63,668 nt of DNA, from positions 1 through 63,668 of the IMG/VR virus record IMGVR_UViG_3300010354_000087; one strand, 5' to 3'. Position numbers and translations under genes: made by a program. The DNA comes from a virus (lineage: Duplodnaviria > Caudoviricetes). The notes under the pieces are model-generated. The model searched no databases. It was not told the origin of the DNA and saw nothing but the letters and a program-made list of their open reading frames with translations. Below, in pieces: positions 29,342 through 39,600 of the stretch. Positions within the stretch are counted from its first letter, which is position 1; each line of letters opens with the position of its first letter.

Positions 29342-30424
29342 ATGACTAGTAAAAGTAATAGTTGGTTTATAAACAACTTAACAAGTCCCAAAGGACAGTT
29401 AGGAGACTTTCGTCATGCAGCCCGTCTATTTGACGATGATGATATACGACTGGCTCCTAAGTTAAAATTTCAATATCATGTTAATTTCAGTATTAATCCC
29501 CAGGCCCTAAAAAGTTTAAATTTTACCTTCAGACATCAACAAGAATTTAATATGTTGGTCAAGACAGCAGAGTTACCTAAATTTAGCATACAAACAGACA
29601 AATTAAATCAATACAATAGAAGAAAAGTAACTCAAGTAAAAATTGACTATCAACCTGTAAATATTACGTTTCATGAAGATAACTTTAATGTTGTGAGAAT
29701 GTTGTGGGAATCTTACTATAGCTACTATTATGCAGATAATGACGCTGCTAAAATTTATGGTAATTATAATAGAACAGCTATGCTGAATGGTAATTTCATC
29801 AAAACTCCATATGGATTCGATAACGGAAGCCATATACCTTTCTTTAATAATATTTCAATATACCTTATGGCAAGACATAGTTGGAGTAGTGCCAAATTAA
29901 TTAATCCTGTTATTACGCAATTTACTCATGATACAATGAATCATGCAGATAGTAATCCTGCTCAAAACTCTATGCAACTTGACTACGAAGCAGTAACATA
30001 TGACTATGGTCAAGTTAGTAGAAATAATCCGCCAGGATTCGCGGCAGATCATTATGATCATACTCCTAGCCCATTAAGTTTAGCAGGAGGAGGCACAGCT
30101 ACAGTATTTGGCTCAGGCGGAGTTTTAGCAGGAGCAAGCACTGTGTTTGGTAATATTGCTAGCGGAAAAGCTTTTGAAAGTCCTGCAAACTTCCTTACTA
30201 CTGCTATCCAAACTATAAACACTTATCAGAATGCCAAAAGTCTTACTAAAGCTGGTGTTAAGAATGAGTTTACAAATATAGCTGTTAGAGGACTACAAAA
30301 TGTAGCTAGAGCTAATCCAGGATCTATTAATAATACAGTTTTTCCTATTAACGATACTGGAAATCAAAACGTTCTATTAGCTAAACCTTATTCAAGCGCC
30401 GTTGACATAGGAGCTGGTCCTTGA
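29342..30424 (+). CDS. Tail tube-like / baseplate tube initiator protein
   Basis: N-terminal half parallels the tube protein (PKLKFQY, KTAELPK, YQPVNITFHED). Confidence 0.6.
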   Translation: MTSKSNSWFINNLTSPKGQLGDFRHAARLFDDDDIRLAPKLKFQYHVNFSINPQALKSLNFTFRHQQEFNMLVKTAELPKFSIQTDKLNQYNRRKVTQVKIDYQPVNITFHEDNFNVVRMLWESYYSYYYADNDAAKIYGNYNRTAMLNGNFIKTPYGFDNGSHIPFFNNISIYLMARHSWSSAKLINPVITQFTHDTMNHADSNPAQNSMQLDYEAVTYDYGQVSRNNPPGFAADHYDHTPSPLSLAGGGTATVFGSGGVLAGASTVFGNIASGKAFESPANFLTTAIQTINTYQNAKSLTKAGVKNEFTNIAVRGLQNVARANPGSINNTVFPINDTGNQNVLLAKPYSSAVDIGAGP

Positions 30425-30795
30425 TAAACAAACAAAATTTACCTTCTCAAGAAGCAAAAAATAGCGACGAAGCAGTAAGGAGCTTTTTTGATAGCTATTT
30501 TTTACATCAAATTACCTTTCCTAGTAATCAAATAGATGCGGTGGTAGGGCATTTTTTAAAACGTGGATTTGATGAACTAGCTGCAAAAAGCACTGCAATT
30601 GTATTGTTAAATCAAAGTAAGTTAGAAAATATAAATGTGTTTAGCTTAATTGACACATTAAAAGGATTAACTGACCAGCAATTAAGCGGGGTAGTAGCAG
30701 AAGTATTGAATACTTATAGAGAAAAAACTAGCAGCCTGGGTTTTAGAGATGTTAATATTGTTGAAAATTACGAAAGCAGAAATATTCGTCAATGA
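30421..30795 (+). CDS. Hypothetical protein (TTG start overlapping the upstream TGA)
   Basis: 124-aa ORF overlapping its neighbours at both ends. Confidence 0.6.
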   Translation: MINKQNLPSQEAKNSDEAVRSFFDSYFLHQITFPSNQIDAVVGHFLKRGFDELAAKSTAIVLLNQSKLENINVFSLIDTLKGLTDQQLSGVVAEVLNTYREKTSSLGFRDVNIVENYESRNIRQ

Positions 30796-31223
30796 AAAGA
30801 CATTATGCTCAAGGTAAATTTAGTATAACTAATCCTGAAAAATATGTAGGTAATCATCAACCTACTTATAGAAGTAGTTGGGAATGGAGTTTTATGAGAT
30901 TTTGTGATACCAACCCTAACATAATAAAATGGGCCAGCGAAGCAATTAAAATTCCATACAAAGATCCGTTTACAGGTAGGCAAACAATTTATGTTCCTGA
31001 TTTTTTTATTCAATACACAGATAGAAATAATAAAATAAACACTGAGTTAATAGAAGTTAAACCTATAAATCAAACTTTAAAAGAACATGTAGGGAAAAGT
31101 AAAAATAATCAAATTCAATTTGCTAAAAATCAATATAAATGGAGAGCTGCAAACGAGTGGTGTGCTAAACAAGGAATACGTTTTAGAATCTTAACCGAAA
31201 ATGACTTATTCTCTAATAGATAA
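30792..31223 (+). CDS. gp4: Head completion nuclease (T4 gp4-like)
   Basis: NPEKYVG..PTYRSSWE..FM.FCD.NP.I.KWASE, Y.PDF, IEVKP, KW.AA, F.ILTE. Confidence 0.85.
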   Translation: MKRHYAQGKFSITNPEKYVGNHQPTYRSSWEWSFMRFCDTNPNIIKWASEAIKIPYKDPFTGRQTIYVPDFFIQYTDRNNKINTELIEVKPINQTLKEHVGKSKNNQIQFAKNQYKWRAANEWCAKQGIRFRILTENDLFSNR

Positions 31224-31231
31224 GTATTATT

Positions 31232-31702
31232 ATGAAAAAATTAGAAGAAATTTTAAATTTACCGGAATCTAAAACTGTAATTAAAAAAGCAGAAAAAGAA
31301 GAGCTCAAGCAAGCCAACAAAACTGCATTAAGAGACATTAGTGAATTTGATAAAATAAGTGCAGCTTTACCTCAGGTTAAAGGCCTAGGAGATATGAGCG
31401 ACGGTGAATTTGATAGTCTAGCACAACGAGCTACTGATGCATTTGATGATCTTATGGATCTTGGCATGAACGTAGAAGCTCGATATAGTGGACGGGTATT
31501 TGAAGTTGCTAGCACAATGTTAAAAAATGCTATTGATGCTAAAGCAGCTAAGATAGATAAAAAATTAAAAATGATTGAGTTACAAATAAAGAAAGAAAAA
31601 TTAGATAAAGAAACTGTTAACGACAGCATCGATATAAGCGGAACAGGTGTAATTGTTAGTGATAGAAATAGCCTAATTGAAAAACTTAAGAATATGAAAT
31701 AA
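31232..31702 (+). CDS. Probable terminase small subunit (gp16-like)
   Basis: Helical; RVFEVASTMLK resembles the gp16 core; close to the large terminase gene. Confidence 0.5.
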   Translation: MKKLEEILNLPESKTVIKKAEKEELKQANKTALRDISEFDKISAALPQVKGLGDMSDGEFDSLAQRATDAFDDLMDLGMNVEARYSGRVFEVASTMLKNAIDAKAAKIDKKLKMIELQIKKEKLDKETVNDSIDISGTGVIVSDRNSLIEKLKNMK

Positions 31703-31723
31703 ATATATTATTAGGATCACGGT

Positions 31724-32329
31724 ATGAAATCTTTTAAAGAATATCTAGTAGAAAGCCAAGAAGAAAAAATTTACAGTTTTAAGCTAAAAGTTGCCGGTGA
31801 ACTTCCAGATAACTTCGAGGACGTTGTCGAAAATTGTATGAAAAAATACGAATGTTGTAAATTTTCAAAAAGTAAAACTGTTCCAATTCAAGAAAATCTT
31901 CCAGATTTCCCTGATTTAAAAAATTTAGAAGTTAGTGTGTATGATATAGAATGTAAATATCCAACAACTAGCAGTGTCTTAACTAGCTATATTGCTGAGC
32001 ATACTGGCATGCCTGTAAATGCAGTAAAGGTTAGAAGTCTTAGAGAAGAAGAGGCAGCAACAATCGAGGAAAATCCCGAAACATCAGGCGGAAAACCTTT
32101 GATTGGACAATGTGATTTTCCTAAAGTTAACCACCAAGATATTGTAGGTGAAAAACATATGTCTAGTTTTCTAAAAGAACTAGCAAAAGAACGTAAGAAA
32201 AATGAACCACAGCCTTATAAAGGGGTAAACGATCAACTTCTTGCAAAAAAAGCCCCTAAGGAAAAAGCTAATGAAATGGCTAAACCTGGGCCTGCTCGTA
32301 GTGCCTTAAAAGCCTATAGTAGTAAATAA
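31724..32329 (+). CDS. Hypothetical protein, possible internal head protein
   Basis: MKSFKEYLVE N-terminus; TAAATA at 31700. Confidence 0.55.
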   Translation: MKSFKEYLVESQEEKIYSFKLKVAGELPDNFEDVVENCMKKYECCKFSKSKTVPIQENLPDFPDLKNLEVSVYDIECKYPTTSSVLTSYIAEHTGMPVNAVKVRSLREEEAATIEENPETSGGKPLIGQCDFPKVNHQDIVGEKHMSSFLKELAKERKKNEPQPYKGVNDQLLAKKAPKEKANEMAKPGPARSALKAYSSK

Positions 32330-32338
32330 GGAATCAAT

Positions 32339-32932
32339 ATGAATTTCCAAGAATTATTAAACCGAATGAAGCAGCTAGATCAGCCTATGATCGAGGAGCC
32401 TAACGAAGGCAATGCCTATGGACAAGCAGTTCAAAATACGCCCCCTGGCGAGGAAATAAAAATTAATGGTAAAGGAACTGGAGATATTAAACGAGAAGCA
32501 GCCTTATCAAATGAGTGTGGACCTGACATGGGTCCTAGTCCTATGAAACAACAGGATAATGTCAGTATGAACGTCAGTATGAATGGTAGTGGTGCAGGCG
32601 GAATTCGAGATCTTATAGATATTCTTAAAAACATAGATGCTGCTCACGGTGGTGGCAATGACGACCTGGGCGCTTTGATTGGCAAAATGGACCATCCACA
32701 CGATGATGAACACGGCGATATGGGTGCTAAAAAAGGTGTAGTGATAGGTGATGATCAGCCCGTTGATGAATTTGCCAATGAGCCTTCAGAACAAAATCTT
32801 CCATTACCCATGGCAGGCGATGATCTGCATAAACCACACGGAAATTATCCAGCTACACAACCAGGAGATAATCCTATGGCAGTTGCTAGAATCCGCGAAG
32901 GTCTACAAAGCTTATATCAAAAATATCAATAA
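32339..32932 (+). CDS. Hypothetical low-complexity acidic protein
   Basis: 197-aa ORF with AAGGA SD. Confidence 0.55.
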   Translation: MNFQELLNRMKQLDQPMIEEPNEGNAYGQAVQNTPPGEEIKINGKGTGDIKREAALSNECGPDMGPSPMKQQDNVSMNVSMNGSGAGGIRDLIDILKNIDAAHGGGNDDLGALIGKMDHPHDDEHGDMGAKKGVVIGDDQPVDEFANEPSEQNLPLPMAGDDLHKPHGNYPATQPGDNPMAVARIREGLQSLYQKYQ

Positions 32933-32948
32933 CTTTAAACAAGTTTCT

Positions 32949-32975
32949 AAATAGGCTCATTGAGCCTATTTTTTT
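32949..32975 (+). terminator. Rho-independent terminator
   Basis: AAATAGGCTCA-t-TGAGCCTATTT followed by a T run. Confidence 0.8.
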
Positions 32976-32987
32976 CTTAAATATATA

Positions 32988-34580
32988 ATGGCTGGTAAAA
33001 GTTTAGATGGTGTCTTAATAAAAAAAGCACATAAGCAAACCTCATTTACAAATGAGCATATTGAGGATTTGATGAAATGTAGTGCAGATAATGGCTATCA
33101 TTATTTTTGCGAAAACTTTTTTTATATTCAGCATCCTGTAAAAGGAAAGCTCTTATTTGAACCTTTTAGTTACCAAACACGTTTATTAGATGCATATCAT
33201 TTTCACAGATTTAATGTAAACTTATTACCACGTCAAATGGGTAAAACTACTTGTGCCGCAGGATATCTGCTTTGGTATGCAATGTTTCACCCTGATCAAA
33301 CTATCTTAATTTCAGCACACAAATACACAGGGTCACAGGAAATTATGCAGCGTATTCGATATGGATACGAACTTTGTCCTGATCACATACGCTGTGGTGT
33401 AACAAACTATAACAAAGGTAGCATAGAATTTGACAACGGCAGTCGTATTGTAAGCACAACTACTACTGAAAACACAGGACGAGGTATGAGTATTAGTTTA
33501 CTCTACTGTGACGAGTTTGCGTTTGTGCCACCTAATATTGCTGCTGAATTTTGGACCTCAATAAGTCCTACACTAGCAACTGGTGGTAAATGTATTATTA
33601 CTAGCACACCTAATAGTGACGAAGATACATTTGCTATGATATGGAAGGAAGCTAACAAGAAATTTGATGATTACGGTAATGAAAGAGAAGTAGGAGTAAA
33701 TGGATTTTATCCATTTACTTGTAAATGGGATGAGCATCCCGATAGGGACGACGCCTGGGCCACAGAAGAACGGGGACGCATTGGAGAAGAACGTTTTCGA
33801 CGTGAATATAATTGTGAATTTTTAATCTACGACGAAACACTGATTAATAGCATTCACCTCGCAGGTATGGAAGGAAAGCAACCTCTTTATAATGTTGGAC
33901 AAATTAGATGGTATAAAGAACCTAATAAAGATTGTCTTTATGCTATAGCACTTGACCCTAGTCTAGGCACAGGAGGTAACAATGCTGCTATAGAAATCTT
34001 CGAATTACCTAGCTTCACTCAAGTTGGCGAATGGCAGCATAATTTAACTCCTATAAGTCAGCAGGTAAAAATACTTAGAGACATACTAAAATATATACTA
34101 GAATGTATCGGTGAAGATAATATTAATAATATTTTTTGGAGTATAGAAAATAATAATATAGGAGAAGCAGGGCTAATCTGTATTCGAGACTTAGGAGAAG
34201 AAAGCTTTCCTGGACTGTTTATAAGTGAACCAATGAGAAAAGGCCATGTAAGAAAATTTAGAAAAGGCTTTAATACCACACATAAAACTAAAATTAGTGC
34301 TTGTGCTCGTTTAAAATATCTCATAGAATCTAATAAAATGTCTATTGCCAGTAAACCATTAATTTCAGAACTCAAGTCCTTCATAGCAAGTGGTATTACA
34401 TTTAAAGGTAAATTAGAAGAAGAGGACGACTTAGTAGCGGCCTGTCTTCTTATAGTAAGAATGAGTCAAGTTTTAGCTGATTGGGACAGCAGAGTATTTG
34501 ATGTCTATAGCACAAATGAAGCTTACGACGAAGAAGATTTTGAACCTCCTATGCCAATATTCATTTCCTCAACCCTTTGA
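32988..34580 (+). CDS. gp17: Terminase large subunit (T4 gp17-like)
   Basis: LLPRQMGKTT Walker A, LLYCDEFAF Walker B, ITSTPN, ALDPSLGTG and DDLV nuclease motifs. Confidence 0.93.
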   Translation: MAGKSLDGVLIKKAHKQTSFTNEHIEDLMKCSADNGYHYFCENFFYIQHPVKGKLLFEPFSYQTRLLDAYHFHRFNVNLLPRQMGKTTCAAGYLLWYAMFHPDQTILISAHKYTGSQEIMQRIRYGYELCPDHIRCGVTNYNKGSIEFDNGSRIVSTTTTENTGRGMSISLLYCDEFAFVPPNIAAEFWTSISPTLATGGKCIITSTPNSDEDTFAMIWKEANKKFDDYGNEREVGVNGFYPFTCKWDEHPDRDDAWATEERGRIGEERFRREYNCEFLIYDETLINSIHLAGMEGKQPLYNVGQIRWYKEPNKDCLYAIALDPSLGTGGNNAAIEIFELPSFTQVGEWQHNLTPISQQVKILRDILKYILECIGEDNINNIFWSIENNNIGEAGLICIRDLGEESFPGLFISEPMRKGHVRKFRKGFNTTHKTKISACARLKYLIESNKMSIASKPLISELKSFIASGITFKGKLEEEDDLVAACLLIVRMSQVLADWDSRVFDVYSTNEAYDEEDFEPPMPIFISSTL

Positions 34581-34592
34581 TAAATATAAAGT

Positions 34593-36152
34593 ATGGAAAA
34601 AAATCTAGAAAATGTTGCTAAAGAATTATTCGGGAAACTAAGAACACAATTCCCTAGTATAAAGTTGCGAGATAAGGACGAAGATCCTACTGATCGAGAA
34701 AAAGATGCAAGATTTTTTGAATTTAACTATATAAAAAATAATATAGATTTAGGCAATGTAAATATTAGTATAGATGATAATCCCGACGGCGACAACGATG
34801 GACTAGTTGTAATGTATAGTCAAGATATTGTAGCCAATCAACCACAGTTAGTAAAACGCCAATGGTTTCGTTTTTTAGAAAGCCTAAGCGATTTTGCAAG
34901 TAGACATTTTATGGACTACAATATAAGAGATATTACCAAGTCAAATCTAGATAAAAGACAACAATTATATTTGGCCAATAATCGCGGAGATGGCGCAATG
35001 AGTGAAAGTAAAAAATTATGGGGAACTTCCAGGACCAGTTTTCAGGAAATGGGAGAAGCAAAACTAATAGTAAAACATAGCAAACCTGTTAACTATGACA
35101 TTCCAGCTGGGCGTGCTATGCATATTGAAAGCATCTTTGTCGAAAGCTCTGAAGGAGAACGCTTCAAATATCCATTTAAACATTTAAACGGAGCAAGAGC
35201 TTTGGCTGTTCACGTAGCTCACGGTGGAACTAGCTATGATCCGATTGGCCAACACATAATCGGATTAAGCGAAGAGTTAGCTAAACTTAGAATGTTTAAA
35301 GGTTATGTAGATCGTAATGAAATGGTTAGTGAGGCTATGGGAAGCATCCACGGCAAAGTTTTAGAACGCATTGATCAAGTCAAAAAAGAAATCCATAGTT
35401 TACAAAGTAAAAATTATTATCAATCGTTTGCAGAAAGTTTTACTGTCAATGACAAAGTAGAAATCCCAGAAGATGTTGTTAATGATTGGGTAGATAGATT
35501 GACAATAAGAAGCTTTAATGAAGAGCTTAAAAATGTATTTCCATATATCTACAAGTTAGTAGGAGAAAACACCGGAGTAGTTAAAGAGCTCAGTCCAGAA
35601 GATATTATCAGTGGTAATAATACGCAGGACCCAGTGAACGAAATCGAATCTGAGCTTAAGGAACTAAGCGATTTTGAAGCGTATATGAATGAACTTGCCA
35701 TGACAGAATCAGATAAGGAGGATCCTCCATTTGACCCAGATCCTCCAAAGAAAGATAAGGAAGCTGGGGACAAAGCAGAACATGGTGGTCACAGCCGTGC
35801 TAAACATTTAGCCAAAGCAGCAATGGAAAAAGCTAAAAAAGCCGGAGCCAAAAAAGAAACGGTTATTAATATTGGTGGCCAAGATATGACACTTGGCGAA
35901 GCAGCCGCTATGGTTGGCATTGATGCCGATGAATTCTTTACAGAAAGCAAAGGTGCTCAAGAAGTAGTAGAATTTATTAAGTCAATGTATGACGAAAATA
36001 CCGGACAGTTCCCTAAAGGTGAAGAAGGTGTTAAGATTGCAGTAGAAAAAGAATTTGGTGAAGATGCTGGACAAATTGCAGAAAGAGTTATGGCAGAACT
36101 TAATCAAGTATTTGAGAGTAATAGAATTCGGAAATTAGCTGGTTTAATGTAA
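34593..36152 (+). CDS. Hypothetical late protein, possibly an internal/virion protein
   Basis: 519-aa ORF with TAAATA 6 nt upstream; ends ESNRIRKLAGLM. Confidence 0.6.
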   Translation: MEKNLENVAKELFGKLRTQFPSIKLRDKDEDPTDREKDARFFEFNYIKNNIDLGNVNISIDDNPDGDNDGLVVMYSQDIVANQPQLVKRQWFRFLESLSDFASRHFMDYNIRDITKSNLDKRQQLYLANNRGDGAMSESKKLWGTSRTSFQEMGEAKLIVKHSKPVNYDIPAGRAMHIESIFVESSEGERFKYPFKHLNGARALAVHVAHGGTSYDPIGQHIIGLSEELAKLRMFKGYVDRNEMVSEAMGSIHGKVLERIDQVKKEIHSLQSKNYYQSFAESFTVNDKVEIPEDVVNDWVDRLTIRSFNEELKNVFPYIYKLVGENTGVVKELSPEDIISGNNTQDPVNEIESELKELSDFEAYMNELAMTESDKEDPPFDPDPPKKDKEAGDKAEHGGHSRAKHLAKAAMEKAKKAGAKKETVINIGGQDMTLGEAAAMVGIDADEFFTESKGAQEVVEFIKSMYDENTGQFPKGEEGVKIAVEKEFGEDAGQIAERVMAELNQVFESNRIRKLAGLM

Positions 36153-36175
36153 TCAAGTTTCGGCAATCTTTGAGG

Positions 36176-36243
36176 TTGCAAGACTAAATAAAAACGCATA
36201 CAATAACATGTATGCGTTTTTTGTTTAAGAAAGTCTTAGACAA
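36176..36243 (+). promoter_or_regulatory. gp32 leader: TTGCAA-N17-TACAAT promoter, embedded TAAATA, 13-bp inverted repeat and a second hairpin
   Basis: AAAAACGCATACA/TGTATGCGTTTTT at 36190-36221; TTGTTTAAGA/TCTTAGACAA at 36221-36243. Confidence 0.65.
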
Positions 36244-36281
36244 TATAGGCAAAAATAGAGGCTAACAATAGGAGAAAAATT

Positions 36282-37250
36282 ATGGCATCTTTAGCAGAAA
36301 TTCGCGCAAAATTAAAAGAACAAGAAGCTCGCTCAACAGGCGGTGAGCGCACAGGTGGTGATAATTCCATTTATCCCTTCTGGAACTTAAAGGAAGGTAG
36401 TGAATCAACAGTCCGTTTTCTTCCTGACGGAGACAGCAATAACACATTTTTCTGGGTAGAACGTGCAATGATTAAGTTGCCATTTCCTGGAGTAAAAGGT
36501 TCAACTGACAATAAACCAGTGGTTGTAAATGTTCCTTGTATGGAAATGTATGGAGATACTTGTCCTATTCTAAGTGAAGTTCGTGGTTGGTTTAAGGATC
36601 CTAGTCTAGAGGATATGGGTCGTAAGTATTGGAAAAAACGTAGTTACATTTTCCAGGGATTTGTAGTAGAAGATGGCTTAAAAGAAGAATCTAGTCCCGA
36701 GAATCCTATCCGTAGATTTATTATCGGACCTCAAATTTTCCAGCTTATTCGAGGCGCTTTACTTGACCCTGAGATGGATGATCTGCCCACTGACACTGTG
36801 AACGGTGTAGACTTTAAAATGATCAAAACTAGTAAGGGTGGATACGCAGATTATAGCACCAGCAAGTGGAGCCGTCGTAGTCGTCCTCTAGGAGACACAG
36901 AGACTAAGGCTATTTCAGCACATGGTCTTTTTAATCTTAAAGACTATCTTCCTAAAAAGCCAGGAGAAGTTGAACTCAAGGTTATCAAAGAAATGTTTGA
37001 AGCCAGTGTAGATGGTGAACCCTTTGATATGGAACGGTGGAGTCAATACTTTAAACCAGCTGGCATGGGAGCAGCTACAGGTGATCCTGCGGCTCGTTCT
37101 GCAAAGTCAGCTGCCGCAGAAGAAGAGTATGACGATGAACCCACAGTAGCTAAAGTTGCTCCTGCTCCTAGAGCAGAAGAGCCAAAAGCTAGTGTTGGTG
37201 GCAGCAAGGCAGAAGATATCCTTGCTATGATTCGCAATCGTAAACAATAA
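36282..37250 (+). CDS. gp32: Single-stranded DNA-binding protein (T4 gp32-like)
   Basis: VRFLP, C.....CPI, GVDF...K...GGYADYSTSKW motifs; acidic/Ala-rich tail; precedes uvsX. Confidence 0.85.
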   Translation: MASLAEIRAKLKEQEARSTGGERTGGDNSIYPFWNLKEGSESTVRFLPDGDSNNTFFWVERAMIKLPFPGVKGSTDNKPVVVNVPCMEMYGDTCPILSEVRGWFKDPSLEDMGRKYWKKRSYIFQGFVVEDGLKEESSPENPIRRFIIGPQIFQLIRGALLDPEMDDLPTDTVNGVDFKMIKTSKGGYADYSTSKWSRRSRPLGDTETKAISAHGLFNLKDYLPKKPGEVELKVIKEMFEASVDGEPFDMERWSQYFKPAGMGAATGDPAARSAKSAAAEEEYDDEPTVAKVAPAPRAEEPKASVGGSKAEDILAMIRNRKQ

Positions 37251-37259
37251 TAGATTAGA

Positions 37260-37278
37260 CTCGGGACTAGTTCCCGAG
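37260..37278 (+). terminator. Hairpin (terminator or processing site) after gp32
   Basis: CTCGGGA-ctagt-TCCCGAG followed by a pyrimidine tract rather than a clean U run. Confidence 0.5.
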
Positions 37279-37298
37279 CCTTCTTCACGGAGAAAATA

Positions 37299-37511
37299 AT
37301 GGCAAAATTAATAAAAATTAACGAAAGTTTCAGTCTGAATTATAGCAGTCGGGAAGCAGATACTGGCGATACCGTAATGGATTGTAATATCAATTTTGAT
37401 AATCCTAAAGACGACTCTACTATAATTCATAGATTAAACACTTGGCTGTCAGCAATTGGCAGAAATGACATTGTTGTAGAACCAAAAGATTATCCTAAAG
37501 GAATAAAGTAA
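37299..37511 (+). CDS. Hypothetical protein
   Basis: 70 aa, GGAG SD, TAATG coupling to uvsX. Confidence 0.6.
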   Translation: MAKLIKINESFSLNYSSREADTGDTVMDCNINFDNPKDDSTIIHRLNTWLSAIGRNDIVVEPKDYPKGIK

Positions 37512-38569
37512 TGGCTACAAAACCTTTTGATTTAAGTAAATTTCGTAAGACATTGACTAAGAGCATTGACGGGCTTGGTGTAGGTTTTAATGATCCTACT
37601 GATTGGGTAAGCACAGGTAATTACGCCCTAAACTATTTGATTAGTGGCGACTTTAATAAAGGTATCCCATTGGGTAAGGTTACTGTGTTTGCCGGTGAAA
37701 GTGGTGCTGGTAAAAGCTACATTTGTTCAGGTAATATAATTCGACACGCACAGGAACAAGGTATCTATGTTGTATTAATTGACAGCGAAAACGCATTGGA
37801 TCAGTCTTGGCTAACTGCCCTAGGTGTCGACACTGACGAGAACAAACTACTCAAGCTCAATATGGCCATGATTGATGATGTAGCTAAAACTATCAATGAG
37901 TTTATGAAAGAGTTTAAGGCACTAAGTGAAACTGATAAACCTAAAGTGTTATTTGTTATTGATAGTCTAGGTATGCTATTGACTCCTACTGATGTAAATC
38001 AGTTCGAAGCAGGAGACCTTAAAGGTGATATGGGCCGTAAGCCTAAAGCACTGACAGCACTTGTTCGTAATTGTGTTAATATGTTTGGTAGTCATAATGT
38101 AGGACTGGTTGCTACTAACCATACATATGCCAGTCAAGACATGTTCGATCCAGATGACAAGATCAGCGGTGGTCAAGGATTTATCTACGCTAGTTCCATT
38201 GTAGTAGCCATGCGTAAGTTAAAACTAAAAGTTGATGAGGATGGCAATAAGACCAGCCAGGTTCATGGTATTCGTGCTGCTTGTAAGATCATGAAAACAC
38301 GCTATGCCAAGCCTTTTGAAACTATGGAAGTTGAAATTCCTTACAAAACAGGTATGAATCCTTGTAGTGGTCTAGTAGATTTATTTGAAAAAGAAGGACT
38401 ATTAGTTCAGCAGGGAAATAGGCTCAAGTTTGTTGACAGTTCTGGTAATGAACACTTATACTACCGAAAAGAGTGGAAAGAAGATAAATTACATATGATA
38501 ATGAACGACTTTCATAATCATAAAAAAATTATAACTGAACAAACTGAGGAGCCTGTAGTAAATGAATGA
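37511..38569 (+). CDS. uvsX: RecA-like recombinase UvsX
   Basis: GESGAGKS Walker A, IDSENA, VIDSLG, TNHTY, ISGGQG. Confidence 0.92.
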   Translation: MATKPFDLSKFRKTLTKSIDGLGVGFNDPTDWVSTGNYALNYLISGDFNKGIPLGKVTVFAGESGAGKSYICSGNIIRHAQEQGIYVVLIDSENALDQSWLTALGVDTDENKLLKLNMAMIDDVAKTINEFMKEFKALSETDKPKVLFVIDSLGMLLTPTDVNQFEAGDLKGDMGRKPKALTALVRNCVNMFGSHNVGLVATNHTYASQDMFDPDDKISGGQGFIYASSIVVAMRKLKLKVDEDGNKTSQVHGIRAACKIMKTRYAKPFETMEVEIPYKTGMNPCSGLVDLFEKEGLLVQQGNRLKFVDSSGNEHLYYRKEWKEDKLHMIMNDFHNHKKIITEQTEEPVVNE

Positions 38570-38807
38570 AAATCAAATCGCTGATATCTGGATGCTGTTT
38601 AAAGAATATGTAGATAAAAAGAACCTTGAATCTGTAGCAGAACGTTATATAGACCTGTTAGCAGACCATGGTGTTAGTGATCGCGTCCTTGAATCTTCAA
38701 CTGGTGTAGACGATGACCTTGACACTGCCATCGAATACTATCTGGACCAAGGTGAAGTTGAAGAAGAGGAAGAGGATAACTGGGACTACGATGAAGAGGA
38801 CGAATGA
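38562..38807 (+). CDS. Hypothetical acidic protein
   Basis: 81 aa between uvsX and uvsY, overlapping both. Confidence 0.6.
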   Translation: MNENQIADIWMLFKEYVDKKNLESVAERYIDLLADHGVSDRVLESSTGVDDDLDTAIEYYLDQGEVEEEEEDNWDYDEEDE

Positions 38808-39259
38808 ACTGGTATTCTAAAATATCAAAGGATATCAGTCACATTCCAGACGCAGTGGAATACTATGAATCTGAACTATTAGAAGCTAAAAAAGATAGTA
38901 GAATATCAGGTAACATAGAAAAAGCCGCTGCTAATATGCCAGGTATTGTAGAGCACAGATTTGGACAGCTTCAAGAAATTGAAGCTATATTAGAATACCT
39001 AAACATAGAACTACGCCGATTGAAAAGTCGGCATTTTCGTAAATATTTAGAAAATTATCAACGTGCTCTTAGTAGTAGGGACTGTGAAAAATTCACCGAT
39101 GGCGAAGATGATGTTATCGATTTTGAAAAAATTATAAATGAATTCGCCTTAATAAGAAATAAATGGTTAGGTGTAACCAAAGCACTTGACCAAAAACAAT
39201 GGATGATTACTAACATTGTTAAACTCAGAGTTGCCGGTATGGAGGACGCAACTTTGTAA
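38804..39259 (+). CDS. uvsY: Recombination mediator UvsY-like protein
   Basis: Helical 151 aa; KALDQKQWMITNIVKLRVAG C-terminus; synteny. Confidence 0.75.
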   Translation: MNWYSKISKDISHIPDAVEYYESELLEAKKDSRISGNIEKAAANMPGIVEHRFGQLQEIEAILEYLNIELRRLKSRHFRKYLENYQRALSSRDCEKFTDGEDDVIDFEKIINEFALIRNKWLGVTKALDQKQWMITNIVKLRVAGMEDATL

Positions 39260-39267
39260 ATATAACC

Positions 39268-39600
39268 ATGAATACTGTTGATATACAATGGGGTTATTGT
39301 AGAGTCTTAAGTGAATGTCCAAACTATAAAGTAAATGAGTTAGTAATAAATCCTAAGTCAAAGCTAGCTTTCGAAAAGCATATCTATAGAAATGAACATT
39401 GGTATATTCTTAAAGGTCAATGCTCTATAATTACAGAATTTGAGAAAATTCAAAATACTGTTATAAAACGTTCAAACGAAACTTATCAAATCGGTAAAAA
39501 TGTTTGGCATCAAGTTATCAACGACTCGGATGAGCCTTGCTATATATTAGAAGTTCAATTCGGTGAAAAATGCCTAGAAGAGGATATAACACAACGATGA
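39268..39600 (+). CDS. Cupin protein (mannose-6-phosphate isomerase C-terminal-like)
   Basis: WGY..VL, KH.YRNEHW, WHQV.N, ILEVQFG...EEDI. Confidence 0.75.
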   Translation: MNTVDIQWGYCRVLSECPNYKVNELVINPKSKLAFEKHIYRNEHWYILKGQCSIITEFEKIQNTVIKRSNETYQIGKNVWHQVINDSDEPCYILEVQFGEKCLEEDITQR

